A stretch of 64,000 nt of DNA, taken from positions 40,983-104,982 of IMG/VR virus record IMGVR_UViG_3300020156_000022; one strand, given 5' to 3'. Positions 24,553 through 34,715 of this stretch are shown one piece after another. Below the pieces are notes generated by a model. That model was not told the origin of the DNA, ran no database searches, and saw only the letters and a program-made list of their open reading frames with translations. The position numbers and the translations under genes are program-made. Position 1 is the first letter of the stretch. Every line of letters begins with the position of its first letter. Origin of the DNA: a virus.

Positions 24553-25509
24553 TTACCACAAACAGATTAACGCTTCCAATACTCCTACTTTGGCTCCATC
24601 TCGCATAGCGCCATCGATTGTTGCTAAAAGCTGACGACAATACTTAATCTTTTTGTCGTCGTAATCTCTAACAACCGGTTTAAACTTTTTGATAAGAAAG
24701 ATTTTAATCCCTGTAGTAGCTGCGATATCTCCGTCATACATTCGCCTACGAACGCATCTGCCAATTTCTGAAATCATAGTTAGTCTACTGTCTAGTCTAG
24801 CTACTACTCTAGAAACTTCATCTTCAGAAATTGTTTTCAGCGCAGTATACGCAGCAACTTTATCTTGTGTAATTAAATAATCTGCGAAGGAATCCAAAGC
24901 CAATTCTTCAGATAACAATGCTAAAGCTTTAGCATTAGGTGATCCCTGCCATAAATGTACCTTACGCAGTACATTATATAGCTCTGCGGTATCACCTGAG
25001 GTTCGTTCTATAAGTTCTTTTGCTGCATTACTAGTTAATCCATAACTAGTAACCCATTTCATTAGGTCTTCATCATTAGGCATAGAACATCTGATGAATT
25101 TACCTTTAGTCCTTATCAGTTCAATATGTTCAGCGTAAGTGACTTTTTTACCCTTACTGAAAATTGCTGAAGCGTCACTCTGGTAAGATATTAGAAGTAA
25201 ATAATTTTTTGGATTACTTCTTGAATTCGCTAGCCAATCATAAATGCCTGACCAATCGGAAATCTGCTCAGCGTTCCTGATTATAGTAAGTCTGTTTGCT
25301 TCAGGATCAAGCGGGTATTGGCTGATAGATTCCCAAGTAATCTCGTCTTGACCTGCGTCAAGATTAATAAAATCAGTAGCAGGTGCCTGCAAGATATTCT
25401 TAATGTCATCTATCACCAGCTCAACTAAAGTAAACTGATCTCCACAAACATACGTTACTTTTGAGACATCTTGTTTTCTGGCATATCCCTGCCACTGATT
25501 AAAGTTCAT
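24553..25509 (-). CDS. DNA polymerase III delta (HolA)-like clamp-loader subunit
   Basis: YVCGDQFTL, LTIIRNAE, LIERTSGD..L.N.L.K and ID..MRDG...LE pattern of HolA. Confidence 0.7.
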   Translation of the reverse strand: MNFNQWQGYARKQDVSKVTYVCGDQFTLVELVIDDIKNILQAPATDFINLDAGQDEITWESISQYPLDPEANRLTIIRNAEQISDWSGIYDWLANSRSNPKNYLLLISYQSDASAIFSKGKKVTYAEHIELIRTKGKFIRCSMPNDEDLMKWVTSYGLTSNAAKELIERTSGDTAELYNVLRKVHLWQGSPNAKALALLSEELALDSFADYLITQDKVAAYTALKTISEDEVSRVVARLDSRLTMISEIGRCVRRRMYDGDIAATTGIKIFLIKKFKPVVRDYDDKKIKYCRQLLATIDGAMRDGAKVGVLEALICLW

Positions 25510-25812
25510 CTACTGTCCTGGAACAAATAACTTAGCTGGATTGACATTGCCTACGCCTTGCATAAGCTGTGCTTCGCGAACAACCTTTAAGGTTTTTTCT
25601 AATTCAGCCTTCATGCGAATCTGATAATTTCTTTCAAATACCAGACGGGCACCCTCATCTAGGAAAGTATCAATAAATACCTCAAGTTTGATGAGGGCAA
25701 TTCCAGCTAAATCAATTTCTCCAGGAATACCACGAGCCTTATCCTTATTACTCTGGGCTAGGCGTTCAATATCCTTTTTTATCTCTTCCAAGTTTATTTC
25801 TTCTGAAGCCAC
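25510..25812 (-). CDS. Hypothetical protein
   Basis: GTG start with AAGGA SD. Confidence 0.65.
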   Translation of the reverse strand: MASEEINLEEIKKDIERLAQSNKDKARGIPGEIDLAGIALIKLEVFIDTFLDEGARLVFERNYQIRMKAELEKTLKVVREAQLMQGVGNVNPAKLFVPGQ

Positions 25813-25814
25813 AA

Positions 25815-26600
25815 TTATCCTTTCATAAGTGCTTCTAATGCTACACGCACAGCAAGCTGCGGCCGTGCTGATGCTACTGTACTCCACATGCCGAGAATCT
25901 TCAAGGCCAACATCCGATCAGCAAAAGGTCCTAGTAATTTGGGAGAATACAATTTCCAGTTTTGACTAGCAGATTCCTGTAACATGTCTATAATAACAGA
26001 AGCTACTCCTTCATCAACAGCCTTATAAGCTTGACAGAATAATACATAATCTTGACTCTCTACAGCCTGCAAGACATTAATTGCTGTAAGCTGTAGGGTG
26101 GAATTTCTATACGCATCCATAGCCAAGTCAACTCGACCTAAAGTACTTACTCTTTTAGCTTCTTCCTCAGGCAAGCCTTTCTCGATAAGAATAGTAAAAA
26201 GTTCATCAGGTTTTAGCAGACCTACAGAGTATTTTTGTCCTCTGGTACGCAGAGTGGCAGGGAGACGATTTGAACTAATTAGAGAAAATCTGGCGTACGT
26301 TGGAGGCTGTTCTAGAGTCTTAAGAAGCTTATCCATAGCCCTGTCTGTTGCTAAGTCAAGATTAATAAGAGCAAACTTTAAATTCCTGACAGGATAGGTT
26401 GCCATAAAATCTTTAACCCTGATAGCTTCTTCAACTGTTAAATGAGAAATCTCCGTAAAATCTACTCTGGCGATATTGTTTTTGATTGCTGCATAAGTAG
26501 CAATCATTCTTTTGCCTACAGAAGGAGGCCCGGTAATAATAGAAACCGGGGGCAACTGTGAGCTTAATGCTCCAATTACCCCCTGGTGACCTACAAGCAT
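25815..26600 (-). CDS. DNA polymerase III delta-prime (HolB)-like clamp-loader subunit
   Basis: GHQ, GPPSVGK, AMDKLLKTLEQPP, LPATLRTR. Confidence 0.85.
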   Translation of the reverse strand: MLVGHQGVIGALSSQLPPVSIITGPPSVGKRMIATYAAIKNNIARVDFTEISHLTVEEAIRVKDFMATYPVRNLKFALINLDLATDRAMDKLLKTLEQPPTYARFSLISSNRLPATLRTRGQKYSVGLLKPDELFTILIEKGLPEEEAKRVSTLGRVDLAMDAYRNSTLQLTAINVLQAVESQDYVLFCQAYKAVDEGVASVIIDMLQESASQNWKLYSPKLLGPFADRMLALKILGMWSTVASARPQLAVRVALEALMKG

Positions 26601-26606
26601 ATTTTC

Positions 26607-26996
26607 TTATCCTTCGAAATGCTGAGTTTCGTTTGGGTTTACATAAGTTTCGCCTGGTTGCGTTACTGGGCTAGCATCCCCAGGCATATCACGTCCAGCC
26701 CAAGTTTCAGCTTGCTCAATAGGTTCTTTACGTGGACGACCACGACGTTTTGGCTCAGGCTTTTCTACAGCGCTATACTCATCAGCTAGAGTATTAAGCA
26801 AACTCTTACCAACAACAAAGCTATCTCCACCATCAACAGGAGCAAGCCTATATCCAGTTTTTACCTTATAGCCTAATGGAGTAGCTACAGCTTCGTCTGA
26901 TTTAAATTCCTCAACTACAGTGAATTGCTTACCTGCAAACAATTCATCCATACGAGCTTTACGAGTACTATGCCACTTAGTATTTTTTTCTGCCAT
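26607..26996 (-). CDS. Hypothetical protein with AT-hook motif
   Basis: PKRRGRPRK. Confidence 0.7.
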   Translation of the reverse strand: MAEKNTKWHSTRKARMDELFAGKQFTVVEEFKSDEAVATPLGYKVKTGYRLAPVDGGDSFVVGKSLLNTLADEYSAVEKPEPKRRGRPRKEPIEQAETWAGRDMPGDASPVTQPGETYVNPNETQHFEG

Positions 26997-27028
26997 ATTA
27001 CACCTCTCTCAGTAGTAGCAAGCGCTAC

Positions 27029-27211
27029 TTACTTTAAAATCGGTGGAATATGACTTTTTCCTGTCTGTCGAATCTCCTGAATATCAGTGAAAAGCTCATG
27101 AGCTATACCTTTATAGAGGGATTCGTGTTGATCATGCTCCGCAGCAGCTTGGCAATACCTGACATATAGAACTACTTCTAAATTCAGTAATTCGGCGACA
27201 TCGTTGTCCAT
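27029..27211 (-). CDS. Hypothetical protein
   Basis: Small ORF in operon. Confidence 0.55.
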   Translation of the reverse strand: MDNDVAELLNLEVVLYVRYCQAAAEHDQHESLYKGIAHELFTDIQEIRQTGKSHIPPILK

Positions 27212-27229
27212 CGAGAAAATCCTTAACAG

Positions 27230-27640
27230 CTAATCTTCAGCATTCAACATGCTAACGGTTTTAGAATAATTAAGTATCTCCTTGTAATCCCAATTGTTTA
27301 TCGTACAAGTATGTCTAAATATAGACAACGCTAAACGCTGAAGTTCTACACGATCAATACCTAAAGCATAGGAGCCTATAGCCTGCGCATGCTGAATCCA
27401 GTGTTTGGGACACATGGTTAACCTTAGATTAAATGAGTCTAACATCACAGGATCGTACCTGTCAAGATATTCTCCTTGCATCCCCATCTTGGTCAGTGTC
27501 AACTCTAGTAACGCATATATTTGAGGAGTAAATTCTAGAGTTGTCAGAAGACCACAACAATCTGACGGATAACTTTGTATAAGCTGCTGAAAGAACTCAA
27601 ACTCAGTTTGCGAATCATGTACTGTCATTTGACAACTCAT
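27230..27640 (-). CDS. Hypothetical protein (start MSCQMTV)
   Basis: ATGA overlap with upstream gene, GGAG SD. Confidence 0.65.
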   Translation of the reverse strand: MSCQMTVHDSQTEFEFFQQLIQSYPSDCCGLLTTLEFTPQIYALLELTLTKMGMQGEYLDRYDPVMLDSFNLRLTMCPKHWIQHAQAIGSYALGIDRVELQRLALSIFRHTCTINNWDYKEILNYSKTVSMLNAED

Positions 27641-28206
27641 AGCTTCTCCAACATATCTTTCATAACCTTCTTGCAGACAGTCAACCATTTGACTGCGTCT
27701 TCGTCTGTCTTAACAACACTAAGTAAATCAAGGCATTGATTAAGTTTACTAGCAATAGTATCTTCTAATTGCTTAGAAGCCCAGTCTGTAATAATTCCAG
27801 AGCAATACATTTTCAAAGCATCAGCCAAAGCTAATATATCAGGATTTTCATGAGGTTTAATAGTAGCCTCTTCCCAGCGCTCTTCAAGAGACTTGGGAGC
27901 ATATCCAATATCCTCTAGCAAAATAAAAGCTGCATTCTGCCAAGAACAATCTCTCTTAGCTGCGGTAAGTGTAACAGGTGAATACCGCTTACTGCAAGAA
28001 AAACAATAAGCGGTATTACTATTACCATATACACGCATAGCTTTAGAGATTCCTCCGTCTGAATGATAGAACCCAAAAGGACAATAAACCTTTTTGTTTC
28101 CCCCATTTCGGACAGATTCTGGTACTGCTATACCTAAACTTGTCAGAACATCAGCGATATGTACGCGCTCATTTGCTTCGTCTATCCATGACTTCTGACG
28201 CAACAT
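27637..28206 (-). CDS. Primase-type zinc-binding domain protein
   Basis: CPFGFYH.D....MRVY...AYCFSC (CHC2-like); no TOPRIM motifs. Confidence 0.75.
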   Translation of the reverse strand: MLRQKSWIDEANERVHIADVLTSLGIAVPESVRNGGNKKVYCPFGFYHSDGGISKAMRVYGNSNTAYCFSCSKRYSPVTLTAAKRDCSWQNAAFILLEDIGYAPKSLEERWEEATIKPHENPDILALADALKMYCSGIITDWASKQLEDTIASKLNQCLDLLSVVKTDEDAVKWLTVCKKVMKDMLEKL

Positions 28207-28208
28207 AA

Positions 28209-28412
28209 TTAGTGAACCTCAGCTCCTACTGCTTGAGTAGTCAGAAGTGTACGAATATCAATACTAATAGCCCAGCCATCGGCATCGAGAGCATCTCCTA
28301 GTTTGGTAGTGTGATGCCCACAAAAATCCAATTCGGCAGAACCTTTATTAAATCGTACATAAGCTTGCGCGCCACAACGGTCACACCTATCAGTACTTAC
28401 TAATGAATCCAT
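28209..28412 (-). CDS. Small zinc-binding protein of actinobacterial type
   Basis: DRCDRCGAQAYV...ELDFCGHH. Confidence 0.75.
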   Translation of the reverse strand: MDSLVSTDRCDRCGAQAYVRFNKGSAELDFCGHHTTKLGDALDADGWAISIDIRTLLTTQAVGAEVH

Positions 28413-28455
28413 TTTCTGCCCCTTTCCAAGTGGCTAGTATACAGGAAATATCGGA

Positions 28456-29937
28456 TCACAGGTCAAACAGGCTAACAGAGTTTGTTGCCATGAAACTACC
28501 TAGATCTCGATTTGCTTCGAATGCTCCGTTAGAGGCAGAAGCAAAGTAGCTCGTTGCGTAGTCTACAGTAAGATCGATGCCGTGCACAACTTCACCATCA
28601 CGATTCTTGACAATCTGGGCCTTAAGGTCAGAAATCCGAGTCTTTTCCATCGGCTCAAGAATAGTAATAACTATATCAGATGAAGCTGACGCTTCTGCCG
28701 TTTCAGCCAAAGCTGAGGAATTGTAATAACCAGCATCCTGCGCTTCCTTCCAAGATTGCCTGTTAGTCTGCCAGGGAGAGACAATAGGAATTCCACGACC
28801 ATCATCAAAGGTAGTAGCAAACTGCTTTACCTCCTTGAGGGATTCCGCCAGCTCTTCACGGGTAGTTCCAAACCTGCGATCAGGTTTGAGAAGATTGATC
28901 GAGTCAATAACCAACAGATCAACATTAAATTCTCTTTGAAACCTATTTACCTTAGCTTCTGATGTTCCGATAGTAGCATTCCTAGGAACCTGAACAATCA
29001 CCAACTTTCCATAATTAGGATTGTTAGTGAAGTCATCCACGATGGCGCGGAATATTTCCAACTTGTCCTTAGGGAAAAACTCGATTCCCTTTTTGATATC
29101 GTTAGAGTTAATTCCTTCAGGTAAATCAAATTGCGGATGTCGAGAATGTCTAGCCAGTAGACGCCTTCTTACTTGAGGGCGAAGAGTTTCTGTGGTAAGA
29201 ATAACTACATTCTTACCTTGCTCAATAGCTGCACTCCATGTCAATTGAGTTGAACCTAATGTACTCTTGCCGCTAGACGTATATCCAACTACCAAGTCTA
29301 GTTCCCCTGGATAGAGCCCATTAATATGCCTATCAATAGCCGGAATGCCAAACTTAATTCCACCTGCTGCACGAGGGGAGGTGAATTCTTCCCAAATTTC
29401 ATTGTTTTCCTCGCGAGCATCACCTTCTGGAGATTCTTGCATAGAAAGTTCGCGATCAATTTCGGCAAACTTTTCCAATACTACTGAACGAGCATCTTTG
29501 TGCCCGAACAAATCAATGCCCTTAGCACCCTTGGCCCCTCTATTAAGAACTTCCATTCCTAAAGTAATAGCTTCTGCTGTTTTCTTTTCAGCAGACAATT
29601 CCTTTAGTTGTTCAATACTCCATCTAAAGTCATCATCTCTAATGACTTGCTTAGCAAGCGTATCGTAAGTTTCTAGATAAAGTGCTTGACGGCCAGCGTC
29701 GATACCCTTATTTACTAGAAGATCTTCTAGTGCTGCACGACTTAAGATTCCTCTTGCTGCTTCAAGATAACGTGAAAGCAAAAGGAATAATGTTTTGTAT
29801 TGAGCATCAGGAAAATGTACTTCGGTTAGTTGGTTAAATGCTCGATCAAGTAACTGAAGTCGTTCATTATATGGGCGGTCTTCAGATAGAATTGCTCCTA
29901 GAACAACTTTACTATGTTCTAAGGATGTACGAGCCAC
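28456..29937 (-). CDS. dnaB: DnaB-like replicative helicase
   Basis: GYTSSGKS, LLVIDSINLL, WQTNR, KNRDG. Confidence 0.9.
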   Translation of the reverse strand: MARTSLEHSKVVLGAILSEDRPYNERLQLLDRAFNQLTEVHFPDAQYKTLFLLLSRYLEAARGILSRAALEDLLVNKGIDAGRQALYLETYDTLAKQVIRDDDFRWSIEQLKELSAEKKTAEAITLGMEVLNRGAKGAKGIDLFGHKDARSVVLEKFAEIDRELSMQESPEGDAREENNEIWEEFTSPRAAGGIKFGIPAIDRHINGLYPGELDLVVGYTSSGKSTLGSTQLTWSAAIEQGKNVVILTTETLRPQVRRRLLARHSRHPQFDLPEGINSNDIKKGIEFFPKDKLEIFRAIVDDFTNNPNYGKLVIVQVPRNATIGTSEAKVNRFQREFNVDLLVIDSINLLKPDRRFGTTREELAESLKEVKQFATTFDDGRGIPIVSPWQTNRQSWKEAQDAGYYNSSALAETAEASASSDIVITILEPMEKTRISDLKAQIVKNRDGEVVHGIDLTVDYATSYFASASNGAFEANRDLGSFMATNSVSLFDL

Positions 29938-30195
29938 TTAGTTATCCTTTCGTACAAATGCTAGCACTTCAGTATCTCTGGGATAGAAACCTTCATTTGA
30001 CTCCCCTGCGGCTACATACCACATATCATCGCAAGAGTGAAATACACTTGATACTAGCCCTTTACCTGCTAATAAATCATCTTTTTGAAGGTCCTGTACT
30101 TTAATATTGCGCCATTCACGGTCTACTGCTTGTCCTGCGGTAGCAGTAGGGCGGCCAAAACCTTTTCTAGATTTTTTACTTTTAAATTGCCCCAC
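29938..30195 (-). CDS. Hypothetical protein
   Basis: ORF with GGAGG SD. Confidence 0.65.
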   Translation of the reverse strand: MGQFKSKKSRKGFGRPTATAGQAVDREWRNIKVQDLQKDDLLAGKGLVSSVFHSCDDMWYVAAGESNEGFYPRDTEVLAFVRKDN

Positions 30196-30637
30196 TTGTC
30201 AAACCTCCTGTTGATCCGTGGCCTGATTCGCCACGTTCAGTTGAGTCTAGCTCATCTACTTCCAAAAAGCTAGCTTGCTCATGCCTCTGGAATACAATCT
30301 GAGCAATTCTGTCCCCTTTTGCGATGTTCACAGGAACAGAACCCAAATTTATCAGGTTAACAAATATTTGTCCTCGATAACCAGAATCGATGGTTCCAGG
30401 AGAATTAAGAAGAGTAACAGCATTTTGTGCTGCCAACCCGGAACGAGGTTGTACTAAACCTACCCAGCCTACCGGCATAGCAATAGCAATTCCTGTTGCA
30501 AACAGATGCCATGCACCAGGCATCAATTCAGCAGCCTCAAAACTATAAAGATCTGCTCCTGCATCTCCCTTGTAAGAATAATTCGGAATAATAGCTTCCG
30601 GATATAACTTTTTTATCTTAACCATATTTCCATACAT
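30182..30637 (-). CDS. dut: dUTPase (trimeric)
   Basis: GDAGADL, PRSGLA, GTIDSGYRG, RIAQ, RGESGHGSTG. Confidence 0.96.
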   Translation of the reverse strand: MYGNMVKIKKLYPEAIIPNYSYKGDAGADLYSFEAAELMPGAWHLFATGIAIAMPVGWVGLVQPRSGLAAQNAVTLLNSPGTIDSGYRGQIFVNLINLGSVPVNIAKGDRIAQIVFQRHEQASFLEVDELDSTERGESGHGSTGGLTSGAI

Positions 30638-30639
30638 TT

Positions 30640-31359
30640 TTATCCTCTTTCCAAGGCTGCGGCAGTCATTGCGTCTTTCACAGCGACAACTCCGAGAGCG
30701 TGTAGTTGTGATACTCGTGACTCTTCTAGTGCTAGCTCTTCTGCTACTCTACGCAAATCCATTTTACCATAATAACGTAGTGCTAAAATTACTTGAATCT
30801 CTGGGGGCAAATTTTCTACTGTTGATGTCAAAATAGTCAACATATCACGTGAAAATGCTGCGCCCTCAGTATCGATAGAGTCTTGCAACTCAGGAACTAC
30901 TGAAGCATTATCTTGCACACTATTACTAAAGTGAGCTTCAAGACTAATAGGTCGTGCAGATAGTCGAGCGTAAACTTTATTAATTTCAACTACAGACATA
31001 CCTGTTTTTTCTGCTAATTCTTCTATAGGTATGCCTTCATCCTGCCCTGCGTCTTTTAGCTTTTTAGCTTTGCTCCTGAGGGTTCTCGTAGCCCAATCCT
31101 CGCGTCTGATGTGGTCACGAATTGTGCCTCTGATCCTAAGACTGGCAAATACTTTAAAAAATTGCACTGCCTTAGGATCATAGCCATTCTTCTCACAATA
31201 AGGTACCCAACGATTGGCTGCGTCGGTAAGTCCTTCGTATGCTAACGAAACCATATCATCTAACTTGAGCGCATGAGTAGCTGTCCGCCATTCTCTATTA
31301 GCTATAGTCTTAGCTAAATCTAAGTGATTTAAAATAAGCGAATCTTTATCGTAACTCAT
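30640..31359 (-). CDS. RNA polymerase sigma factor, FliA/WhiG (sigma-28) family
   Basis: FASLRIRGTIRDHIRREDWATRTLRSK (region 2.4) and ESRVSQLH (region 4.2). Confidence 0.9.
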   Translation of the reverse strand: MSYDKDSLILNHLDLAKTIANREWRTATHALKLDDMVSLAYEGLTDAANRWVPYCEKNGYDPKAVQFFKVFASLRIRGTIRDHIRREDWATRTLRSKAKKLKDAGQDEGIPIEELAEKTGMSVVEINKVYARLSARPISLEAHFSNSVQDNASVVPELQDSIDTEGAAFSRDMLTILTSTVENLPPEIQVILALRYYGKMDLRRVAEELALEESRVSQLHALGVVAVKDAMTAAALERG

Positions 31360-32966
31360 CTCCCAGCCCCTCCAATCATATTCAACATTGCCAGAGGGGA
31401 CAGAGCATCAAATAGCTCACTTCGGCTATCCCAGATAAAGTCAATCAGAGCTTGCTCACGTTCTAATGCTGGCAAATATCTCTCTTCTTGAGTACCTACG
31501 GTCAATAAATTGTGCACATAAACAGAACTATACTTCGACCCATCGCGACGGATGCGGCCTGCAAGCTGTTCCATACGTGAAGGATTCATAATCATGTCAA
31601 CATTAATCAAATGGCGAGCTACTTGAAGATTAAGTGACTGCTCAATAGAAGTAGTCCCAATCAATACTCGACAGTTGGGATCATTCCAGAATTGCTGCTG
31701 CGCTGCAAAACGATCAGCGTTATTCTTAGTCTCGCCCCAAATAGTAGAAAAGCCTACACCAGCTCTACTCAATCTGGATTGAAGTGCTCGAACGCCGTTT
31801 TTAAAATTAATAAATACTACGACCTTCTCATCAGAAAGATCACCATCAACTAGCTTCTCTTCAACCCAGTCAAGCTTTACTGAGGTGTTAGGACCATCAG
31901 GCTCTCCTAATGTAGCCAACCCTCCGCAGATTTGCGCACCATAAAGGAATTTAGCAATAGCGGTGGCTCGCTTTACTTCTTCACCCTGAGTTTTTATGAT
32001 TCTTAAAACACCTTGCTGGAGTTCTCGATATTTATCCATTTGAGCTTTGTACGGCTCAAGAAATACATTAGTTGGGATAACCGCTGGTAGGTCGACATCA
32101 TCAATATCGTTAGCAGTCCTTCGCAAAGCCAGATGCTTTGTTTTTTCCTTAAATTCAGGAAGGTTCTTATACCCCACTACTTTACGTTTAGTACTAATCT
32201 TACCTGTAGAAGAAACTTCATTCACCAATTCCTTTTGCAGATATCTGCGCTCAAACGAAACTGGTGAGCCAAGAACTTCTCGGGCACCAAGTAGGGAAAG
32301 AATATTGTAAAGATCTTGTAGCCTCTTTTGCAGAGGGGTTCCTGTGAGTACATAGATGTGCGGAGATCTTCTAGTAATACGCCCCACAGCATAAGCTGTT
32401 GCTGTATCACCATTTCTAAGCGCATCAACATCGTCAATAAATACAGCTTGGAAATTAAACGCCATATCAAGTTGTTCTAGATCGTTAATCAAAATAATAG
32501 GGTTTACAACACAGATTTCCCATTCTGTAAAATACTTTTCCCTGCGCTTTTCTTTTGGACCTTCTGCAACAATCACCTTAGTATCTTTCAACAAACGATT
32601 AAGTTGCATTTCCCATTGCGGCACAGCAGCAGGGCGGCATACTACTAGAATTCTCCCGCCATCAGCTAATTCATTAGCCTCTTTCAATACAGCAGCGGTT
32701 CCGGCCGCCTGAATAGTCTTTCCGGTTCCAACGCTGTCAGCAAGCAATCCGAGTCCAGCCGTATAAAGCCAGGCTACTCCCACTCGCTGATGCTTACGAA
32801 AAACAACCCCACACTGCTGACAGGTGGGGTCTAAATCTTCATGCTCTTCGCAAGGGGAGCTATTAAAATATTTTAGATCAGGAAGTTCAATGTCTGTAAC
32901 ATTCCTAATTCTCTCTGCTACCGCTTTCCTTTTGGCAGTCGATAGCTTATTGATCTCAAATAGCAC
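31356..32966 (-). CDS. SNF2-family helicase
   Basis: LADSVGTGKT, LTGTPLQ, SLNLQ, NPSRMEQLAGRIRR. Confidence 0.9.
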   Translation of the reverse strand: MLFEINKLSTAKRKAVAERIRNVTDIELPDLKYFNSSPCEEHEDLDPTCQQCGVVFRKHQRVGVAWLYTAGLGLLADSVGTGKTIQAAGTAAVLKEANELADGGRILVVCRPAAVPQWEMQLNRLLKDTKVIVAEGPKEKRREKYFTEWEICVVNPIILINDLEQLDMAFNFQAVFIDDVDALRNGDTATAYAVGRITRRSPHIYVLTGTPLQKRLQDLYNILSLLGAREVLGSPVSFERRYLQKELVNEVSSTGKISTKRKVVGYKNLPEFKEKTKHLALRRTANDIDDVDLPAVIPTNVFLEPYKAQMDKYRELQQGVLRIIKTQGEEVKRATAIAKFLYGAQICGGLATLGEPDGPNTSVKLDWVEEKLVDGDLSDEKVVVFINFKNGVRALQSRLSRAGVGFSTIWGETKNNADRFAAQQQFWNDPNCRVLIGTTSIEQSLNLQVARHLINVDMIMNPSRMEQLAGRIRRDGSKYSSVYVHNLLTVGTQEERYLPALEREQALIDFIWDSRSELFDALSPLAMLNMIGGAGR

Positions 32967-33153
32967 AGTCGCCCCTAAAGTTTATTTTTCTTCTTATTAG
33001 CGTTGCGCTTCTTGTCAGAACGAGCCGACTCCAAGATATGTACGGCATACATTACGTCTTGCCCAAATGCGAGCAACGCTTCAGTTACTAGTGTATCATA
33101 CTTGGCCCAGTCAGGACTAGGTTGTTCTTGGAGTCGGTTCGTCACGTATTACC

Positions 33154-33498
33154 TTACCTTACGTCTGTATCTGTAGTATTGCCTGGGACTAACTTTGGTG
33201 TGGCTTCAGTCTGATGACGATCCAAAGCCTTAAGTGCGTCCTTACCAACAGATCCTAGAGATCCTACCACAGTACCTAGAACAATCTGAGACCATAGGCT
33301 CAACTGATCCAGGGAATGGTTAGCGATCTCAATACCCTGAGCAACGTCTACATGCGCGCCGATGAATACGACTGCGATACCAGATGCCCAGGCTAGAAGC
33401 TGAGTAAGAACAGCACTGGTGTCTCTACCACGAAGCTGTCGAACAAAATCCACAAGCTTCTTTGCAAATGCGGCTAGTAATGCCAGCTCTGCTCCCAT
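33154..33498 (-). CDS. Holin-like membrane protein
   Basis: Small protein with 2-3 hydrophobic helices at end of tail module. Confidence 0.55.
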   Translation of the reverse strand: MGAELALLAAFAKKLVDFVRQLRGRDTSAVLTQLLAWASGIAVVFIGAHVDVAQGIEIANHSLDQLSLWSQIVLGTVVGSLGSVGKDALKALDRHQTEATPKLVPGNTTDTDVR

Positions 33499-33573
33499 TT
33501 TTCCTCCTTGAGTGGAGATAAGCAAGTTTTACTTATCTGTAATTATAACAACAAAACTAGAATTGATCAAGTT

Positions 33574-34653
33574 TTAAGCAATCCTAGTTACAATTAACAT
33601 TGTATATTGTTTCAATGTAGTTGTTCCTGTAGCAGAAATCTGTGCCCAGTTGATGGTAATGTTTCCTGAATCAGCCCCTACGATAATAATTCCTTTTTCG
33701 TGGAAAGAAATTGCTCCGACAGTGGTATCAGTTCCATAACCAACATCAGTATTGAAAGCATAAGAACCTACACGAGTAGCTGTAGAATCTCGGCTCGTCA
33801 TTGTTAAAGCTGGACCAGAAATCATTCTCTGTCCAACGCTTCCAGGTGGTGCCCACCAGTTAATACGGATATCTCCACCAGAAGACCCGTCAGCATGCCC
33901 AACTAATTCAACCTCATAAACGCCATTAGGTACTACAGGAATAATTAATTGAGGATCGAATGTTGGTGTAGTAGTTCCTGATCGAGAAAGGTCAGAGGTT
34001 TTATACGCTACTTGTCTCTTTCCGATTCCTCCAACATTCAGATTTCCCGCTAAGTTCAAGTCTCCTGTAAAGGTTCCATCTACATCCAAGTTTCCTGTAA
34101 CCTGAACATTACTAAAGCTACTCGACCCTGTAACAGATAACTGATTCTGAAGGCTAAGATTTCCTGTAACTGCAAGCTGATTGCTTGTAGCACGATAGAT
34201 CCTAGTTTCTGGTGCTGTAGTTCCTCCACCGATTCTGATGCCATCATGGTTGATTTCAAGAGAATGTGTTGCATGACTAGCTTGCTTGAATTTAAGCAGG
34301 GGAACAGAAGTAATAGTAGCTACTACAACGTCAAATATAGCGGCAGGAGAGGTAATACCTATACCAATTCTATTTGCTGTTCCCAACAGAATGTTGTTCA
34401 AGAAAGTAGCTCCGGCATTTAGCAAATAATTCCAGGCTGATCCAACACGAAACTTTGCTCGCCCTGTGTCAGTCTCATATGAAGCAACTCCTTCATACAT
34501 TACAGTAGGGTTGACCGCTGACGTAGACTGAACAAAGCCAACAGCGTTATCGAGCTTCTCAAGATTATCGTTAAGATCAGTAGCTACATTCATAGGTTCG
34601 CTACCATCGTCAGCAGGCATATACATGCCTACTCTTGGTGTTGTGCTAGCCAC
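33574..34653 (-). CDS. Minor tail/fibre protein
   Basis: TTPRVGMYMP..DLNDNLEKLD N-terminus, beta-repeat shaft, C-terminal domain similar to 40187 gene. Confidence 0.75.
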   Translation of the reverse strand: MASTTPRVGMYMPADDGSEPMNVATDLNDNLEKLDNAVGFVQSTSAVNPTVMYEGVASYETDTGRAKFRVGSAWNYLLNAGATFLNNILLGTANRIGIGITSPAAIFDVVVATITSVPLLKFKQASHATHSLEINHDGIRIGGGTTAPETRIYRATSNQLAVTGNLSLQNQLSVTGSSSFSNVQVTGNLDVDGTFTGDLNLAGNLNVGGIGKRQVAYKTSDLSRSGTTTPTFDPQLIIPVVPNGVYEVELVGHADGSSGGDIRINWWAPPGSVGQRMISGPALTMTSRDSTATRVGSYAFNTDVGYGTDTTVGAISFHEKGIIIVGADSGNITINWAQISATGTTTLKQYTMLIVTRIA

Positions 34654-34715
34654 TATTACCTCCTAGGTTCCCTTGTTAAATCGGCTAGAGTTGAAGTGTA
34701 GGTAAGTATATATTC

